From contig OZ219791.1 of NCBI GenBank assembly GCA_964291215.2, forward strand, positions 3,200,001 through 3,264,000: a stretch of DNA of 64,000 nt. The letters are read 5' to 3'. The first letter of the stretch is position 1, and every line of letters starts with the position of its first letter. Source of the DNA: Alphaproteobacteria bacterium. Its GTDB lineage: Bacteria > Pseudomonadota > Alphaproteobacteria > MPNO01 > UBA830. The position numbers were made by a program, and so were the translations under genes. Shown here piece after piece: positions 50,203 to 61,595 of the stretch. The notes below the pieces were generated by a model. That model searched no databases, was not told the origin of the DNA, and worked only from the letters and a program-made list of their open reading frames with translations.

Positions 50203-51162
50203 ATGACGATGCCAGAATTCACCATGCGCCAGCTTCTCGAAGCCGGCGTGCATTTCGGACACCAGACACGCCGCTGGAACCCGAAGATGGAACCATACAT
50301 CTACGGAGTGCGCAACGGCGTCCATGTTATCGACCTGCGCCAGACCGTGCCGATGCTGCATGCAGCGCTCGAATTCGTTCGCAGCGTGACCGCGCAGGGC
50401 GGGCGGATACTGTTTGTCGGAACCAAGCGGCAGGCCAGCGATCTCGTCAAGACGGCAGCCGTCCGCTGCGGCCAGTACTATGTCAATCACCGCTGGCTTG
50501 GCGGCATGCTGACCAACTGGAAGACGATCACGGCCTCCATAAAGAGGCTTTCGGAGCTTGACGAGCGGCTCGAATCCGCCGAGGCAATCGAGGGCCTTAC
50601 GAAGAAGGAGCGCCTGAACCTGACCCGTGAACGCGACAAGCTTGAACGCTCGCTTGGCGGCATCAAGAACATGGGCGGGCTCCCGAACGTTATTTTCTTG
50701 ATCGATACGAACAAGGAAGCGATCGCGATGGCCGAAGGCCTCAAGCTCGACATTCCGCTGATTGCTGTGATCGACAGCAACTCCAACCCGGATGGAATCG
50801 CCTATCCGATACCCGGTAACGACGACGCGATCCGGTCGATCGCGCTCTATTGCGACCTCTTGGCAACGGCCGTGCTCGACGGCCTCCAGCAGGAGGCAAT
50901 CGGCGCCGGCAGCGATATCGGCGAAGCCGAAGAGCCCCTCCCCGAACCGGCCCTTGAGGCGCCCGATGCGCCATCGGGCGAAGAGGCGGCGGATGCAGCC
51001 GCTGCGCCAGATGCCGCCGCGGGCGATGCAACGGGTGTGGACGCGGGCGATGCGGCGTCAGCCGAAGCCGTGGAGGCGTCCGATGACGAGGCTGGCGGCA
51101 CTTCGGCTTTGCTGCCGGATGGTGGCGGCGGTGATGAGGAGACGTCCGAAACCGGACAGTGA
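50203..51162 (+). CDS. rpsB: 30S ribosomal protein S2
   Basis: [37 protein letters not shown]; acidic C-terminal tail. Confidence 0.99.
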   Translation: MTMPEFTMRQLLEAGVHFGHQTRRWNPKMEPYIYGVRNGVHVIDLRQTVPMLHAALEFVRSVTAQGGRILFVGTKRQASDLVKTAAVRCGQYYVNHRWLGGMLTNWKTITASIKRLSELDERLESAEAIEGLTKKERLNLTRERDKLERSLGGIKNMGGLPNVIFLIDTNKEAIAMAEGLKLDIPLIAVIDSNSNPDGIAYPIPGNDDAIRSIALYCDLLATAVLDGLQQEAIGAGSDIGEAEEPLPEPALEAPDAPSGEEAADAAAAPDAAAGDATGVDAGDAASAEAVEASDDEAGGTSALLPDGGGGDEETSETGQ

Positions 51163-51213
51163 GGCCGGGAAGGGGAACGCGAATGTTTCGCAAGTATGGG
51201 GGACAGGCAAGAG

Positions 51214-52143
51214 ATGACTGACGTGACGGCAGCGATGGTCAAGCAACTGCGCGACAAGTCCGGTGCCGGGATGATGGATTGCAAGCGCGCCCTGACAGAG
51301 TCCGGCGGCGAGATCGAGGCAGCCATAGACTGGCTTCGCAAGAAGGGGCTGGCGACGGCGGCCAAGAAGGCTGGGCGTGTTGCTGCGGAGGGGCTTGTCG
51401 CTGCTGCCACGGATGGCGGCAGGGGCATCATCATAGAGTTGAACTCCGAGACCGATTTCGTGGCGCGCAACACGGAATTCCAGGACTTGGTGGGTGCGGT
51501 CGCGGAGGTGGCCCTCGGCACCGATGGCGACATGGACTCGGTCGCCGCGGCGACCACGGCCGACGGCAGGACCGTTTCCGACAGGATCACGGATCTCATA
51601 GGGGAGATCGGCGAGAACCTCGTGCTGCGACGCACTGCGGCGGTGTCCGTTGGCCGCGGAACCGTGTCGAGCTACATCCACAATGCCGCCGCGCCCGGCC
51701 TCGGCCGGATCGCCGTTCTCGTGGGCCTCGAATCGGAAGCGGACAGCGACGCACTCGGCGAATTCGGCCGCAAGCTGGCAATGCATATTGCGGCCGCCAG
51801 CCCGTCTTGGCTGTCCCGGGATGACGTCGATGCGGCCAGCACCGAGCGCGAGCGCGAAATACTGCGCGAACAGGCGCGGTCCGAAGGCAAACCCGAGCAG
51901 ATCGTCGACAAGATGGTCGAAGGCCGCATGAGAAAGTACTTCGAGGAGGTCTGCCTGCTTGATCAGACCTACGTTATCGACGGGGAGTCGCGGGTGTCGG
52001 CCGCCGTGGAGGCCGCCGCCGCCGAACTTGCCTCGCCCGTCACCGTGGCGGGCTTCGTCCGCTACCAGCTCGGAGAAGGAGTCGAGAGGGCGGAGACCGA
52101 CTTTGCGGCCGAGGTGACGGCTGCCAGGGGTGGTCAAGGCTGA
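51214..52143 (+). CDS. tsf: Elongation factor Ts
   Basis: [29 protein letters not shown]. Confidence 0.99.
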   Translation: MTDVTAAMVKQLRDKSGAGMMDCKRALTESGGEIEAAIDWLRKKGLATAAKKAGRVAAEGLVAAATDGGRGIIIELNSETDFVARNTEFQDLVGAVAEVALGTDGDMDSVAAATTADGRTVSDRITDLIGEIGENLVLRRTAAVSVGRGTVSSYIHNAAAPGLGRIAVLVGLESEADSDALGEFGRKLAMHIAAASPSWLSRDDVDAASTEREREILREQARSEGKPEQIVDKMVEGRMRKYFEEVCLLDQTYVIDGESRVSAAVEAAAAELASPVTVAGFVRYQLGEGVERAETDFAAEVTAARGGQG

Positions 52144-52151
52144 TCGATGCG

Positions 52152-52904
52152 ATGACCGATGGGGGCCAGCCGCGGTTCGGGCGCGTTCTTCTCAAGCTGT
52201 CGGGCGAAGCCCTGATAGGTGCCGAGGCATTCGGGATTGATACCGAGGCCGTCGATCGCATCGCCCGGGAAATCCGCACGGTGACCGATCTCGGCACGCA
52301 GGTCTGCGTCGTCATCGGCGGCGGCAACATCTTTCGTGGCGTTTCCGGTGCGGCATCGGGGCTGGAACGTGGGACGGCGGACTACATGGGCATGCTTGCC
52401 ACGGTGGTGAACGCCCTGGCCCTCCAGGGCGCGCTGGAGCGGGTGAATGTGTCGACGCGGGTGCAGTCGGCGATTCCGATGAACACGATCTGCGAATCCT
52501 ATATCCGCCGGCGAGCAGCCCGCCACATGGAGAAGGGCCGCGTCGTGATCTTTGCAGCCGGCACGGGTAACCCCTATTTCACCACCGACACCGCTGCCGC
52601 GCTGCGGGCGACGGAAATGAACTGTGACGGGATCTTCAAGGGAACGCAGGTTGACGGCGTCTATTCGGCGGATCCTCACAAGGTCGCAGATGCCGAGCGC
52701 TACGACCGGCTGAGCTATCTGGAGGTTCTGTCGAAGGACCTCCGCGTTATGGACGCGTCCGCGATTTCCCTCGCCCGTGAAAACCGAATTCCCATCGTGG
52801 TGTTTTCGATACATAATCCGGACGCGTTTGCCGACGTCATCAAGGGTGCCGGCGCATACACGATAATCAACGAAGAGCGGCAAGAAGGGCAATCCGATGT
52901 CTGA
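52152..52904 (+). CDS. pyrH: UMP kinase
   Basis: [33 protein letters not shown]. Confidence 0.99.
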   Translation: MTDGGQPRFGRVLLKLSGEALIGAEAFGIDTEAVDRIAREIRTVTDLGTQVCVVIGGGNIFRGVSGAASGLERGTADYMGMLATVVNALALQGALERVNVSTRVQSAIPMNTICESYIRRRAARHMEKGRVVIFAAGTGNPYFTTDTAAALRATEMNCDGIFKGTQVDGVYSADPHKVADAERYDRLSYLEVLSKDLRVMDASAISLARENRIPIVVFSIHNPDAFADVIKGAGAYTIINEERQEGQSDV

Positions 52905-53454
52905 CCCGGATATGGGCGACCTCAAGAGGCGCATGAACGGCGCGATCGAGGTTCTGAAATCCGAATTCGGCGGCCTCCGGACCGGGCGGGCGTCGCCGGC
53001 TCTTCTGGAGCCGATTGCCGTAGATGCCTACGGATCGAAGATGCCGATGAGTCAGGTCGGCACCATCAGCGCCCCTGATGCGCGCCTGCTTTCCGTTCAG
53101 GTCTGGGACAAGTCCCTCGTCTCGTCTGTCGAGAAGGCCATTCGGGAATCGGATCTGGGTCTCAACCCGCAGACCGAAGGGACGGTCATCAGAGTGCCGA
53201 TTCCGCAGCTTTCGGAAGAACGGCGCGTCGAGATGACCAAGGTCGCCGGGAACTATGCGGAACAGGCTAAGGTCGCCGTGCGCAATATCCGGCGCGACGG
53301 CATCGAATCTCTCAAGAAGGCAGAGAGGGGCGGCGAGATGTCCCAGGACGAACAGCACGCGTGGGCCGGGGAGATCCAGGAACTGACCGATTCCATGATC
53401 GAACAGATCGATGCCGCGCTCAAGACCAGGGAAGCGGAAATCATGCAGGTCTGA
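52897..53454 (+). CDS. frr: Ribosome recycling factor
   Basis: [25 protein letters not shown]. Confidence 0.99.
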   Translation: MSDPDMGDLKRRMNGAIEVLKSEFGGLRTGRASPALLEPIAVDAYGSKMPMSQVGTISAPDARLLSVQVWDKSLVSSVEKAIRESDLGLNPQTEGTVIRVPIPQLSEERRVEMTKVAGNYAEQAKVAVRNIRRDGIESLKKAERGGEMSQDEQHAWAGEIQELTDSMIEQIDAALKTREAEIMQV

Positions 53455-53770
53455 GCGCCGGGGCCGCCGGTTCGCGTCGCCCGTCCGCGGGGCCTGCCGG
53501 CAACCCGGCGGCGGTGGGGAGCCGCTGCGAAAGACCGTTTCTCGCACCGCTGTGCGACATGGGTACCGGAAATCACCATGACAAATCATGAAGATGGCAC
53601 TTGACGGCGGCTTCGGGGTGGCGGCAGGTCCGGCGAAACCGGCTGCGGCCGGCGTACCGGGCGGCGCCGGCTGTCTCCGGCGGGCGGTGTTGTGCACCGT
53701 ATCGACCGGACCAGCGCGGCGCCGGATGGCCCGGACAGCGGCGCGGTGCGGCTGGCGGAGGGGTTGAGAC

Positions 53771-54508
53771 GTGGCGGTGCTAGCTCAAGCCGACGGCGGT
53801 GCGCCGTATTTTCCGGAACATGTGGCCATTATCATGGACGGAAACGGCCGCTGGGCGCTGTCGCAGGGCTTGCCGCGGGCATCCGGGCACCCGGAAGGTG
53901 CCGAGGCGGTCCGGCGCATCATAGCGGCGTCGCTCGAATTCGGAATCCGCCATCTGACCCTCTACGGGTTCTCGATGGAGAACTGGAACCGCCCCCCGGC
54001 CGAAGTGCAGGCGCTGATGACGTTCCTGCGGACAAACCTTGCCGAGGAATCCGCCAAGCTCGATGCTCATGGCGTCCGCCTCGTGTTCATCGGCGACCGC
54101 AGCCGGCTCGGCCATGACATTGCGTTGTGTCTCGACGACGCCGAACGCCGTACAAGGAACAACACGAGACTCGATGTCATCGTCGCGCTCAGCTACGGCG
54201 GTCGGCAGGAAATCACGTCGGCCGTGAGGCGGCTCGCTGGCAAGGTGGCCTGCGGACAGATCGAGGCTGCGGAGATCGACGAGCGGATGGTCAGCGAGCA
54301 CCTGTTCACTTCGGACGTGCCGGATCCCGATCTTGTCATCCGCACCGGCGGAGAGCGGCGCATCAGCAATTTCCTGCTGTGGCAGGTCGCCTATTCGGAG
54401 TTCATCTTCACCGATGTCCTGTGGCCGGATTTCTCGCGCGAGCATCTCGCGGAATGCCTTGACGAGTTCGGGCGCAGAAACAGGCGCTATGGCGCACTCT
54501 CGGCCTGA
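53771..54508 (+). CDS. uppS: Undecaprenyl diphosphate synthase
   Basis: HVAIIMDGNGRWA, FSMENWNRP, SYGGRQEI, IRTGGERRISNFLLWQ. Confidence 0.97.
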   Translation: MAVLAQADGGAPYFPEHVAIIMDGNGRWALSQGLPRASGHPEGAEAVRRIIAASLEFGIRHLTLYGFSMENWNRPPAEVQALMTFLRTNLAEESAKLDAHGVRLVFIGDRSRLGHDIALCLDDAERRTRNNTRLDVIVALSYGGRQEITSAVRRLAGKVACGQIEAAEIDERMVSEHLFTSDVPDPDLVIRTGGERRISNFLLWQVAYSEFIFTDVLWPDFSREHLAECLDEFGRRNRRYGALSA

Positions 54509-55304
54509 AGGGGGGCGCGACAATCTCGCACTGCGCCTGGGTTCCGCCTGCGTGCTGGTGCCGCCGGTCGTTTTCGCGGTCCATGCCGGTTTTCCGTGGT
54601 ACGAGGGGGGCGTCGCCGTCGTCGTGACGTTGATGATCTGGGAATGGACGCGGGTCTGCGGCGCGCGCGCGGCGGCGGCGTCCGGACTGGTCCTCGCTGC
54701 CGCCGTCCTCGGGAGCTGTCTGGCGATTTCCGCGGCTACGCCGCAGGTTGCGGCCGCGACGGCCGCTGCGGCCGCCGTGATTCTCGCCGGTGTCCAGCTC
54801 CGCCGCGGCGTCAGCGAGGCCCTCATCTTCAGCTGTGGTGGATTGACAATCATTTCCTGCGCTGCCGCCCTCCTGTGGCTGCGGATCGGGGCCGAAGCCG
54901 GCCGCGAGCTTGTTTTCGGTCTCCTCTGCGCTGTATGGTGCACCGACACCGGTGCCTATTTCGTCGGCAGAGCGGTGGGCGGCCCCCGCCTTGCCCCCCG
55001 GATCAGCCCCGCAAAGACATGGGCAGGCCTTTGCGGGGGTATCGTCGGCGCGGCGGCATGCGGCTGGATCTGGGCGCGCCTCGCCGGTTTCGGCAGTCAC
55101 GGCTGGGCGATGGCATGCGGCGCGATGATCGCGTTGCTCGCGCAGGCCGGGGACCTGGCGATGTCCGCGGTCAAGCGGCGGTACGGGGTAAAGGATTCGA
55201 GCGGTCTCATCCCGGGGCATGGAGGCGTGCTCGATCGCGTTGACGGAATGCTCCTGACCGCGCCGGCGGTGGTCCTGGCGGTGGTGATCCTGGACGGAGC
55301 GTGA
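54489..55304 (+). CDS. cdsA: Phosphatidate cytidylyltransferase
   Basis: DTGAYFVGR, SPAKTWAG, KRRYGVKDSSGLIPGHGGVLDRVD. Confidence 0.97.
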   Translation: MAHSRPEGGRDNLALRLGSACVLVPPVVFAVHAGFPWYEGGVAVVVTLMIWEWTRVCGARAAAASGLVLAAAVLGSCLAISAATPQVAAATAAAAAVILAGVQLRRGVSEALIFSCGGLTIISCAAALLWLRIGAEAGRELVFGLLCAVWCTDTGAYFVGRAVGGPRLAPRISPAKTWAGLCGGIVGAAACGWIWARLAGFGSHGWAMACGAMIALLAQAGDLAMSAVKRRYGVKDSSGLIPGHGGVLDRVDGMLLTAPAVVLAVVILDGA

Positions 55305-55307
55305 CGG

Positions 55308-56504
55308 ATGGGGACAGCGGACGCGACGCAGGGCAGGCGCAAGACGATCTCGATCCTGGGATCGACCGGGTCGGTGGGTTGCAGCACGATCGATCTGGTA
55401 CGGCGCGATCCCGGATCCTATCGGGTCGAGGCGCTCACAGCGCACCGCAATGTCGCTCTGCTGGCCGAACAGGCGCGGTCCCTCGATGCCGCCTGCGCGG
55501 TGATCGCCGATGGTCGGCTGTATGGCGATCTGCAGCGCGCGCTCGCGGGAACGGACACCGAGGTTGGCGGCGGGCCCGAGGCTGTCGCAGAAGCAGCGTC
55601 GCGGCCGGCCGACTGGATCATGGCGGCGATTGTCGGCGCCGCGGGCCTCGTGCCGACCCTTGAGGGGATTCGCCGGGGCGCGACGGTCGCGCTTGCCAAC
55701 AAGGAAAGCCTGGTCTGTGCAGGAGAGGTCGTGCTCGCCGAGGTCGCCGAGAGCGGCGCCGTGCTGCTGCCGGTCGATTCCGAGCACAATGCGATATTTC
55801 AGGTCTTCGATTCCGAATACCGGCCGGGAATCGAGAAGATAACGCTGACCGCTTCGGGCGGGCCCTTCCTGGACATGTCTGCCGAGGAGATGAGGGACGT
55901 CACGCCGGCGGCGGCTGTCGCTCATCCGAACTGGGACATGGGGGCCAAGATCTCGGCCGATTCCGCGACCATGATGAACAAGGGGCTGGAACTCATCGAG
56001 GCGCACTATCTGTTCGCGATGCCGGAGGACAGGATCGACATCCTGGTGCATCCCCAGTCGATCATCCACAGCATGGTGTCCTATATCGACGGGTCGGTCC
56101 TGGCGCAGCTGGGGACGCCCGACATGCGTACGCCGATCGCCCATGCGCTTGGCTGGCCGGAGCGGATCCCTGCGCCGAGCGGGCGGCTGAAACTGGGCGA
56201 GATAGCGACGCTCACCTTCCAGGCCCCCGACCCGGTGCGGTTTCCGGCGCTTCGGCTGGCGCGTGAGGCGCTGACAGTCGGCCAGTCCTGTCCGACCGTC
56301 CTCAATGCTGCGAATGAAACGGCCGTAGAGGGCTTTTTGGCGGGCCGGCTCGGGTTTCTGGATATCGCCAGGATCGTCGAGGAGACGCTGTCGGGAATCC
56401 CGCGGTCGCCGATTCGGTCGATCGACGACGTCATGGCGGTCGATTCGGAGGCGCGCGCATACGCCGGCGGGGTCGTGTCGGCCCCCCTGGTCACGTACGG
56501 CTAG
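55308..56504 (+). CDS. dxr: 1-deoxy-D-xylulose 5-phosphate reductoisomerase
   Basis: LGSTGSVG, LANKESLV, PVDSEH, HPNWDMGAKIS, MNKGLE. Confidence 0.99.
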   Translation: MGTADATQGRRKTISILGSTGSVGCSTIDLVRRDPGSYRVEALTAHRNVALLAEQARSLDAACAVIADGRLYGDLQRALAGTDTEVGGGPEAVAEAASRPADWIMAAIVGAAGLVPTLEGIRRGATVALANKESLVCAGEVVLAEVAESGAVLLPVDSEHNAIFQVFDSEYRPGIEKITLTASGGPFLDMSAEEMRDVTPAAAVAHPNWDMGAKISADSATMMNKGLELIEAHYLFAMPEDRIDILVHPQSIIHSMVSYIDGSVLAQLGTPDMRTPIAHALGWPERIPAPSGRLKLGEIATLTFQAPDPVRFPALRLAREALTVGQSCPTVLNAANETAVEGFLAGRLGFLDIARIVEETLSGIPRSPIRSIDDVMAVDSEARAYAGGVVSAPLVTYG

Positions 56505-56525
56505 CGGCGGAAAGGAAAGCGTGCG

Positions 56526-57665
56526 ATGGAGGTACTTGCCGCCGTCTGGAACTATCTGATTCCCTTTCTCGTGATCTTCACCGTGGTCGTGTTCGTGCAT
56601 GAGATGGGCCACTACCTGATCGCGCGGCGCTGCGGCGTGCGCGTCGAGATCTTCTCGATCGGGATCGGCACCGAAATATTCGCCCGCACCGACCGTCACG
56701 GCACCCGCTGGAGAATCGGCGCGGTGCCCGTGGGCGGTTATGTCAAGATGCGTGGCGAGATGCAGCCGCTGCCCGGTCCGGTGCAACAGGCAATCGCCGG
56801 CACGGAGGGGAAGGACGACGATTCGTTCGAGACCAAGACGGTGATGCAGCGCGCCCTCATCGTCGCCGGCGGGCCCCTGGCGAATTTCGTGCTGGCCATC
56901 GTTCTGCTGGCGGGCATGTTCGCCACCCTCGGGCAGCCATACACGCCGGCGGATGTCGGGAAGGTGCTGCCGGGCAGCGCCGCCGAAAGGGCGGGCTTCC
57001 AGCCCGGAGACCTGATCACAGGGATCGACGGAACCCGCATCGAGCGCTTCGAGGAGGTGGTGCAGGTCGTTCAGCTCCATCCTGCGACGGCGCTGGAATT
57101 CCGGTTGATCCGCGACGGCCGGCAGATAACGCTGACAGCGGTCCCCGACACCGTCGATCTCCAGGATCGTTTCGGGAACCCGATGAGGATAGGCAGGCTT
57201 GGCATCTCGCGCGGTGCGGGCGACACCAAGCTGGTCCGTCACGATCCGTTTACCGCGGTATGGCGCGCGACCGGCCATACATTTTCCCTCGTCGGCGATA
57301 TTTTCTCCAGTATCGGCCAGATCATCGACGGTCGGCGAACGACGGAGGAACTCGGCGGCCCGATCCGCATTGCCAAGATATCCGGCGATGTATGGCAGAC
57401 CGGTTTTCTCGGCGTGTTGACGTTTGTTGTCCTGCTGTCTATCAATCTCGGGCTGGTGAACCTGTTGCCGATTCCGATGCTTGATGGAGGGCATCTTGTG
57501 TTCTATGCGGTCGAAGCCCTGCGCGGCAGGCCTCTTGGCGCCAGGGCACAGGAATTGGGGCTCCGGGTGGGGCTGGGCATGGTCCTCGCGCTGATGGTCT
57601 TTGCAACCTGGAACGATCTTGTCCAGCTGAGAGTTATCGATTTCCTTGTTGGTCTCGCTACATGA
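56526..57665 (+). CDS. rseP: RIP metalloprotease RseP
   Basis: HEMGH, PDZ domain, NLLPIPMLDGGH. Confidence 0.97.
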   Translation: MEVLAAVWNYLIPFLVIFTVVVFVHEMGHYLIARRCGVRVEIFSIGIGTEIFARTDRHGTRWRIGAVPVGGYVKMRGEMQPLPGPVQQAIAGTEGKDDDSFETKTVMQRALIVAGGPLANFVLAIVLLAGMFATLGQPYTPADVGKVLPGSAAERAGFQPGDLITGIDGTRIERFEEVVQVVQLHPATALEFRLIRDGRQITLTAVPDTVDLQDRFGNPMRIGRLGISRGAGDTKLVRHDPFTAVWRATGHTFSLVGDIFSSIGQIIDGRRTTEELGGPIRIAKISGDVWQTGFLGVLTFVVLLSINLGLVNLLPIPMLDGGHLVFYAVEALRGRPLGARAQELGLRVGLGMVLALMVFATWNDLVQLRVIDFLVGLAT

Positions 57666-59965
57666 CAATCATCTCTTGGCTTGCGAATACGGGTTTGCAC
57701 CTTCGACAACAGGGAGCCGCGGCGCGATTGTTCGCGCTTGCAACCGCGCTACTGCTGGCCGCGGCGAGCCAGGCGGGCGCCAGCCAGATCCGCATCGAGG
57801 GCAACCAGCGCATCGAGGCTGAGACGGTGCGCCAGTACATGAGGTTGAAGCCCGATCGTGAAGCGACGGACGAGGAGCTCGACAGGGCGCTCAAGGCGCT
57901 TTTTGACAGCGGGCTGTTTGCCGATGTCGAGGTGCGGCGCGATGGCCCGGATGTTGTCGTCCGGGTGGTCGAAAATCCGATAATCAACCGCATAGCCTTC
58001 GAGGGAAACAAGCGGATTTCCGACGAGGATCTGCGCGCCGAGATCGAGTTGCGTCCCCGTATCGTGTTTACACGCCCCCGCGTCCAGCGCGATGTTCAGC
58101 GCATCGTTGACATCTATCGGCGAAGCGGCCGTTACACGACGTCGGTGGAGCCAAAGGTCGTCCAGCTGCCGCAAAACCGTCTCGATCTCATCTTCGAGAT
58201 CGCTGAAGGAAGCCTCACGGAGATTCGCAGCATCACGTTCACGGGCAACCGTGCATTCGACGATGGAGATCTTCGCGAAGTCGTTCAGACCAAGGAAAGC
58301 GCGTGGTACCGCATCTTCAGTTCGGGGGACACATATGACCCCGACCGCCTGGCCTTTGACCGCGAACTCCTGCGTCGTCACTACCTGTCGGAGGGCTACG
58401 CCGACTTTCGCGTGATTACTGCCGCAGGCGAACTCACGCCCGAGAAGGACGCCTTCTTCATAACGTTTTCGGTCAGCGAGGGAAGCCGCTACAAGTTCGG
58501 CAAGATCGATATCGAATCGGCTCTCAAGGAAATCGACATCGAGGCACTCCGGGCTGAGCTGACGGTCGCATCGGGTGACTGGTACGATGCCGAAGAGGTC
58601 GAGAACAGCATTGGCAAGCTTACCGACGCGCTCGGCAATCGGGGCTATGCGCTCGCCGAGGTTCAGCCGCAGATAGCGCGCGATCGCGACAACCTCGCTG
58701 TAGATGTCAGGTTTGTCATAAGCGAAAGTGAGCGAGTGGTTGTCGAGCGGATCGAAATTTCCGGAAACATACGGACCGAGGACAGCGTCATCAGGCGCGA
58801 GATGCTGCTTGTCGAGGGAGACATATTCAATACCTACAGGCTCCGCCGCAGCCGTCAGAGAATCACCAATCTCGGCTTCTTCGACAAGATCGATGTCACC
58901 CGGGAACCCGGCAGCGCCGATGACCGCACGATCATCAAGATCGCGGTCCGCGAAAAAGCCACCGGCGAGCTCTCGGTCGGCGTTGGCTACTCCACGGACG
59001 GCGGTGCGCTGACCGATCTCAATATTCGCGAAAGAAATCTCCTTGGCCGGGGACAGGACCTGCAGCTCAACCTTAAGCTGGGTGTGCAACAGACCGAGAT
59101 CGTCCTTGGCTTCACCGAGCCGTATTTCCTCGAGAAGGAACTCTCGGCCGGGTTTGACATCTTTCGCACCACCGACGACCTCCAGGACCTGAGTTCTTAT
59201 GACAGCGAGAGGATCGGGTTCGGATTGCGCGCGGGTTACAGAATTACCGAACCGCTGTCGCAAAGATGGACATATACCCTTGAGCAGACGGAGATTCAAA
59301 ATGTCCCCGCGAATGCGTCGAGGGCGGTCAGGGAAGAGCAGGGAAAAACGCTAACATCATCGATCGGGCAGACGCTGCTTTATGATACGCGCGACAACCG
59401 TTTTGACCCGAACGAGGGGTATTCCGTGCAGTTGCGCAATGTCTTTGCCGGTCTCGGCGGCGACCGTACCAACCTGCGCAGCGAAGTGGAAGGAGACTAC
59501 TTCCGCCCACTGACGGACGATCTGACCCTGATCGCCTTGGTCGGTGTCGGATATATTCTCGATTTTGGTGAGCCGACGCGCCTGTCGGAACGCTATTTTC
59601 TCGGCGGATCGAATCTGCGCGGTTTCCGGTCGCGCGGCACCGGGCCGCGCGACCGGGCAAGCACCGACGCCTTGGGAGGCAACTGGTTCTACCGCGCTTC
59701 GCTCCGCCTGAGCTTCCCGCTTGGCCTGCCCGATGAGCTGGGACTCAAGGGCAGCGTGTTTACCGATGCAGGGACGCTCAGCGGGATAGACTTGGCTTCT
59801 GCCACACCGATCTGGGACGAGAGTTCGCTGCGGGCCGCGATCGGGGCCGGCCTGTCCTGGGTCTCGCCCGTGGGCCCGATGACATTCAGTTGGGCGTGGC
59901 CGATAGCCAAGGAGAACTTTGACAAGACCGAACTGTTTCGCCTCGGCATAGGCACCAGGTTCTGA
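57662..59965 (+). CDS. bamA: Outer membrane protein assembly factor
   Basis: POTRA repeats (IEGNQRI, FEGNKRI), LRGF motif, C-terminal GTRF. Confidence 0.98.
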   Translation: MTIISWLANTGLHLRQQGAAARLFALATALLLAAASQAGASQIRIEGNQRIEAETVRQYMRLKPDREATDEELDRALKALFDSGLFADVEVRRDGPDVVVRVVENPIINRIAFEGNKRISDEDLRAEIELRPRIVFTRPRVQRDVQRIVDIYRRSGRYTTSVEPKVVQLPQNRLDLIFEIAEGSLTEIRSITFTGNRAFDDGDLREVVQTKESAWYRIFSSGDTYDPDRLAFDRELLRRHYLSEGYADFRVITAAGELTPEKDAFFITFSVSEGSRYKFGKIDIESALKEIDIEALRAELTVASGDWYDAEEVENSIGKLTDALGNRGYALAEVQPQIARDRDNLAVDVRFVISESERVVVERIEISGNIRTEDSVIRREMLLVEGDIFNTYRLRRSRQRITNLGFFDKIDVTREPGSADDRTIIKIAVREKATGELSVGVGYSTDGGALTDLNIRERNLLGRGQDLQLNLKLGVQQTEIVLGFTEPYFLEKELSAGFDIFRTTDDLQDLSSYDSERIGFGLRAGYRITEPLSQRWTYTLEQTEIQNVPANASRAVREEQGKTLTSSIGQTLLYDTRDNRFDPNEGYSVQLRNVFAGLGGDRTNLRSEVEGDYFRPLTDDLTLIALVGVGYILDFGEPTRLSERYFLGGSNLRGFRSRGTGPRDRASTDALGGNWFYRASLRLSFPLGLPDELGLKGSVFTDAGTLSGIDLASATPIWDESSLRAAIGAGLSWVSPVGPMTFSWAWPIAKENFDKTELFRLGIGTRF

Positions 59966-60561
59966 TGTTGACGGAACGCCTTCGCCGTCTCGGAATCCTG
60001 GCCATCGTCACCTTGGCGGCGGCGCCCGCAGTCTGGTCGGCACCCCGCGCCCAGACCGCGGACGGTGTCCGTATCGGGATAATCGATGTCCAGCGGGTCT
60101 TCACCGATGCCAAGGCCGCGAAGAGCGTTCGCGGGGAAATGGATAATATTCGCAGGCAATTCCAGGAAGATGTTCGCGCGCAGGAGCGAAAACTGCGCGA
60201 GTCGGCGCGCCAGCTCATGGAGCAAAAGGTGCTCCTCTCCGAGCAGGAATTCTCGAGGCGGCGGCGGGCGCTCGAAGATGAGGGGAGAAGGGCGCAGGAG
60301 GCGGTTCGCGAGCGCAAGCAGAAACTCGACCGGGCTTTCAGCAGGACCAGGAACGTCATCATGAAGGATCTGGTTGCGGTTACCAGAGACCTCCGGAAGT
60401 CACGCGACATAGACATAGTCTTGGAAAAGCGTGACGTGTTCTTGGCCGTGTCGGCCCTCGACCTGACACCGGAAATCATCAAGCGCCTCGACAAGAGACT
60501 GCCCAAGGTCGCGCTGCAGCTGGATGATTCCGGAAGCGACAAGGGCAAGGGAAAGCAGTAA
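59965..60561 (+). CDS. skp: OmpH/Skp periplasmic chaperone
   Basis: Signal peptide, IGIIDVQRV, coiled coil, DLTPEIIKRLD; syntenic position. Confidence 0.9.
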   Translation: MLTERLRRLGILAIVTLAAAPAVWSAPRAQTADGVRIGIIDVQRVFTDAKAAKSVRGEMDNIRRQFQEDVRAQERKLRESARQLMEQKVLLSEQEFSRRRRALEDEGRRAQEAVRERKQKLDRAFSRTRNVIMKDLVAVTRDLRKSRDIDIVLEKRDVFLAVSALDLTPEIIKRLDKRLPKVALQLDDSGSDKGKGKQ

Positions 60562-60563
60562 AC

Positions 60564-61595
60564 GTGCCGGACGCCCGGTTTTTTCCGCCCGCGGGTCCGT
60601 TTTCCCTCCTTCAACTGGCGGAAATCGCGGGCGCGGAACTGCGCGCCGACGGCGATCACGGGCGCATGCTGGCCAACGTAGCGCCGCTCGACAGCGCGAC
60701 CGCAGACGATGTGAGCTTCCTCGACAACAGGCTCTATGTCGACCAGTTTCGTGTCACGGCGGCCGGCTGCGTCATCGTCGCCGCCAGATTTGCCGGACAG
60801 GCTGCGGACGGAACCGGCCTCCTGATTTCCGAACGTCCCTACCTGTCCTACGCGCGGGTGGCGACGGCGTTCCACCCGGACTCCGACAGCATGTATGTAC
60901 CGACCGCAGGGGAGGCGAACGTTCATGAGAGCGCCGTCATCGGTGCCGGCACGAAGATCGCCAACGGCGCCGTGATCGGACCGCGCGCGCATGTCGGCAC
61001 GAACTGCGTGATCGGCGCCAACGCCTATATCGGCCATGCCGTGCAGATCGGCAATGATTGCCGCATCGCGCCTCTGGCATCCGTGCGCTGCGCCGTGCTT
61101 GGCGACAGGGTGGTTCTTCATGCCGGTGCGCGCCTGGGAGAGCCGGGATTCGGGTTTGCCGTCACGCCGGAGGCAATGGTGACGATTCCCCAGCTCGGGC
61201 GCGTAATTGTCGGCGACGATGTCGAGATCGGCGCCAACAGCACGGTGGATCGCGGCGCCGGGCCCGATACGGAGATCGGGGAGGGGACCCGGATTGATAA
61301 TCTGGTTCAGATCGGGCACAACACGCGGGTCGGACGGCGGTGCGTCATTGCGGGCATGGTTGGCATAGCAGGCAGCACGACGATCGGCGACGGCGTGATG
61401 TTGGGCGGGCAGAGTGGAATTGCGGGGCACCTCACGGTGGGTCAGGGCGCCCGGGTCGCGGCACAGGCCGGGATCATTCGCAGCGTGCCGCCGGGTTCCA
61501 CTGTGATGGGCCTTCCGGCGGTTCCGATAAAGCAATTCTTCCGGCAGGCGGTGGCGTTGTCGAAGTTGTCGCAGAAGAGGGAAGATCGCGAATGA
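60564..61595 (+). CDS. lpxD: UDP-3-O-acylglucosamine N-acyltransferase
   Basis: Hexapeptide repeats, GFGF, IPQLGRV, IDNLVQIGHN. Confidence 0.98.
   Translation: MPDARFFPPAGPFSLLQLAEIAGAELRADGDHGRMLANVAPLDSATADDVSFLDNRLYVDQFRVTAAGCVIVAARFAGQAADGTGLLISERPYLSYARVATAFHPDSDSMYVPTAGEANVHESAVIGAGTKIANGAVIGPRAHVGTNCVIGANAYIGHAVQIGNDCRIAPLASVRCAVLGDRVVLHAGARLGEPGFGFAVTPEAMVTIPQLGRVIVGDDVEIGANSTVDRGAGPDTEIGEGTRIDNLVQIGHNTRVGRRCVIAGMVGIAGSTTIGDGVMLGGQSGIAGHLTVGQGARVAAQAGIIRSVPPGSTVMGLPAVPIKQFFRQAVALSKLSQKREDRE

Noticed and set aside
50920-51162. Acidic Ala/Asp/Glu-rich tail of RpsB
   Set aside because: Variable low-complexity tails are common on S2 proteins.
54408-57668. 1086-aa minus-strand ORF and other long antisense ORFs (2364-4916, 14232-15779, 20329-22224, 46988-48367, 57749-59299, 59886-61535)
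   Set aside because: Shadow frames opposite well-supported genes, expected from GC-rich codon usage; no recognisable motifs.
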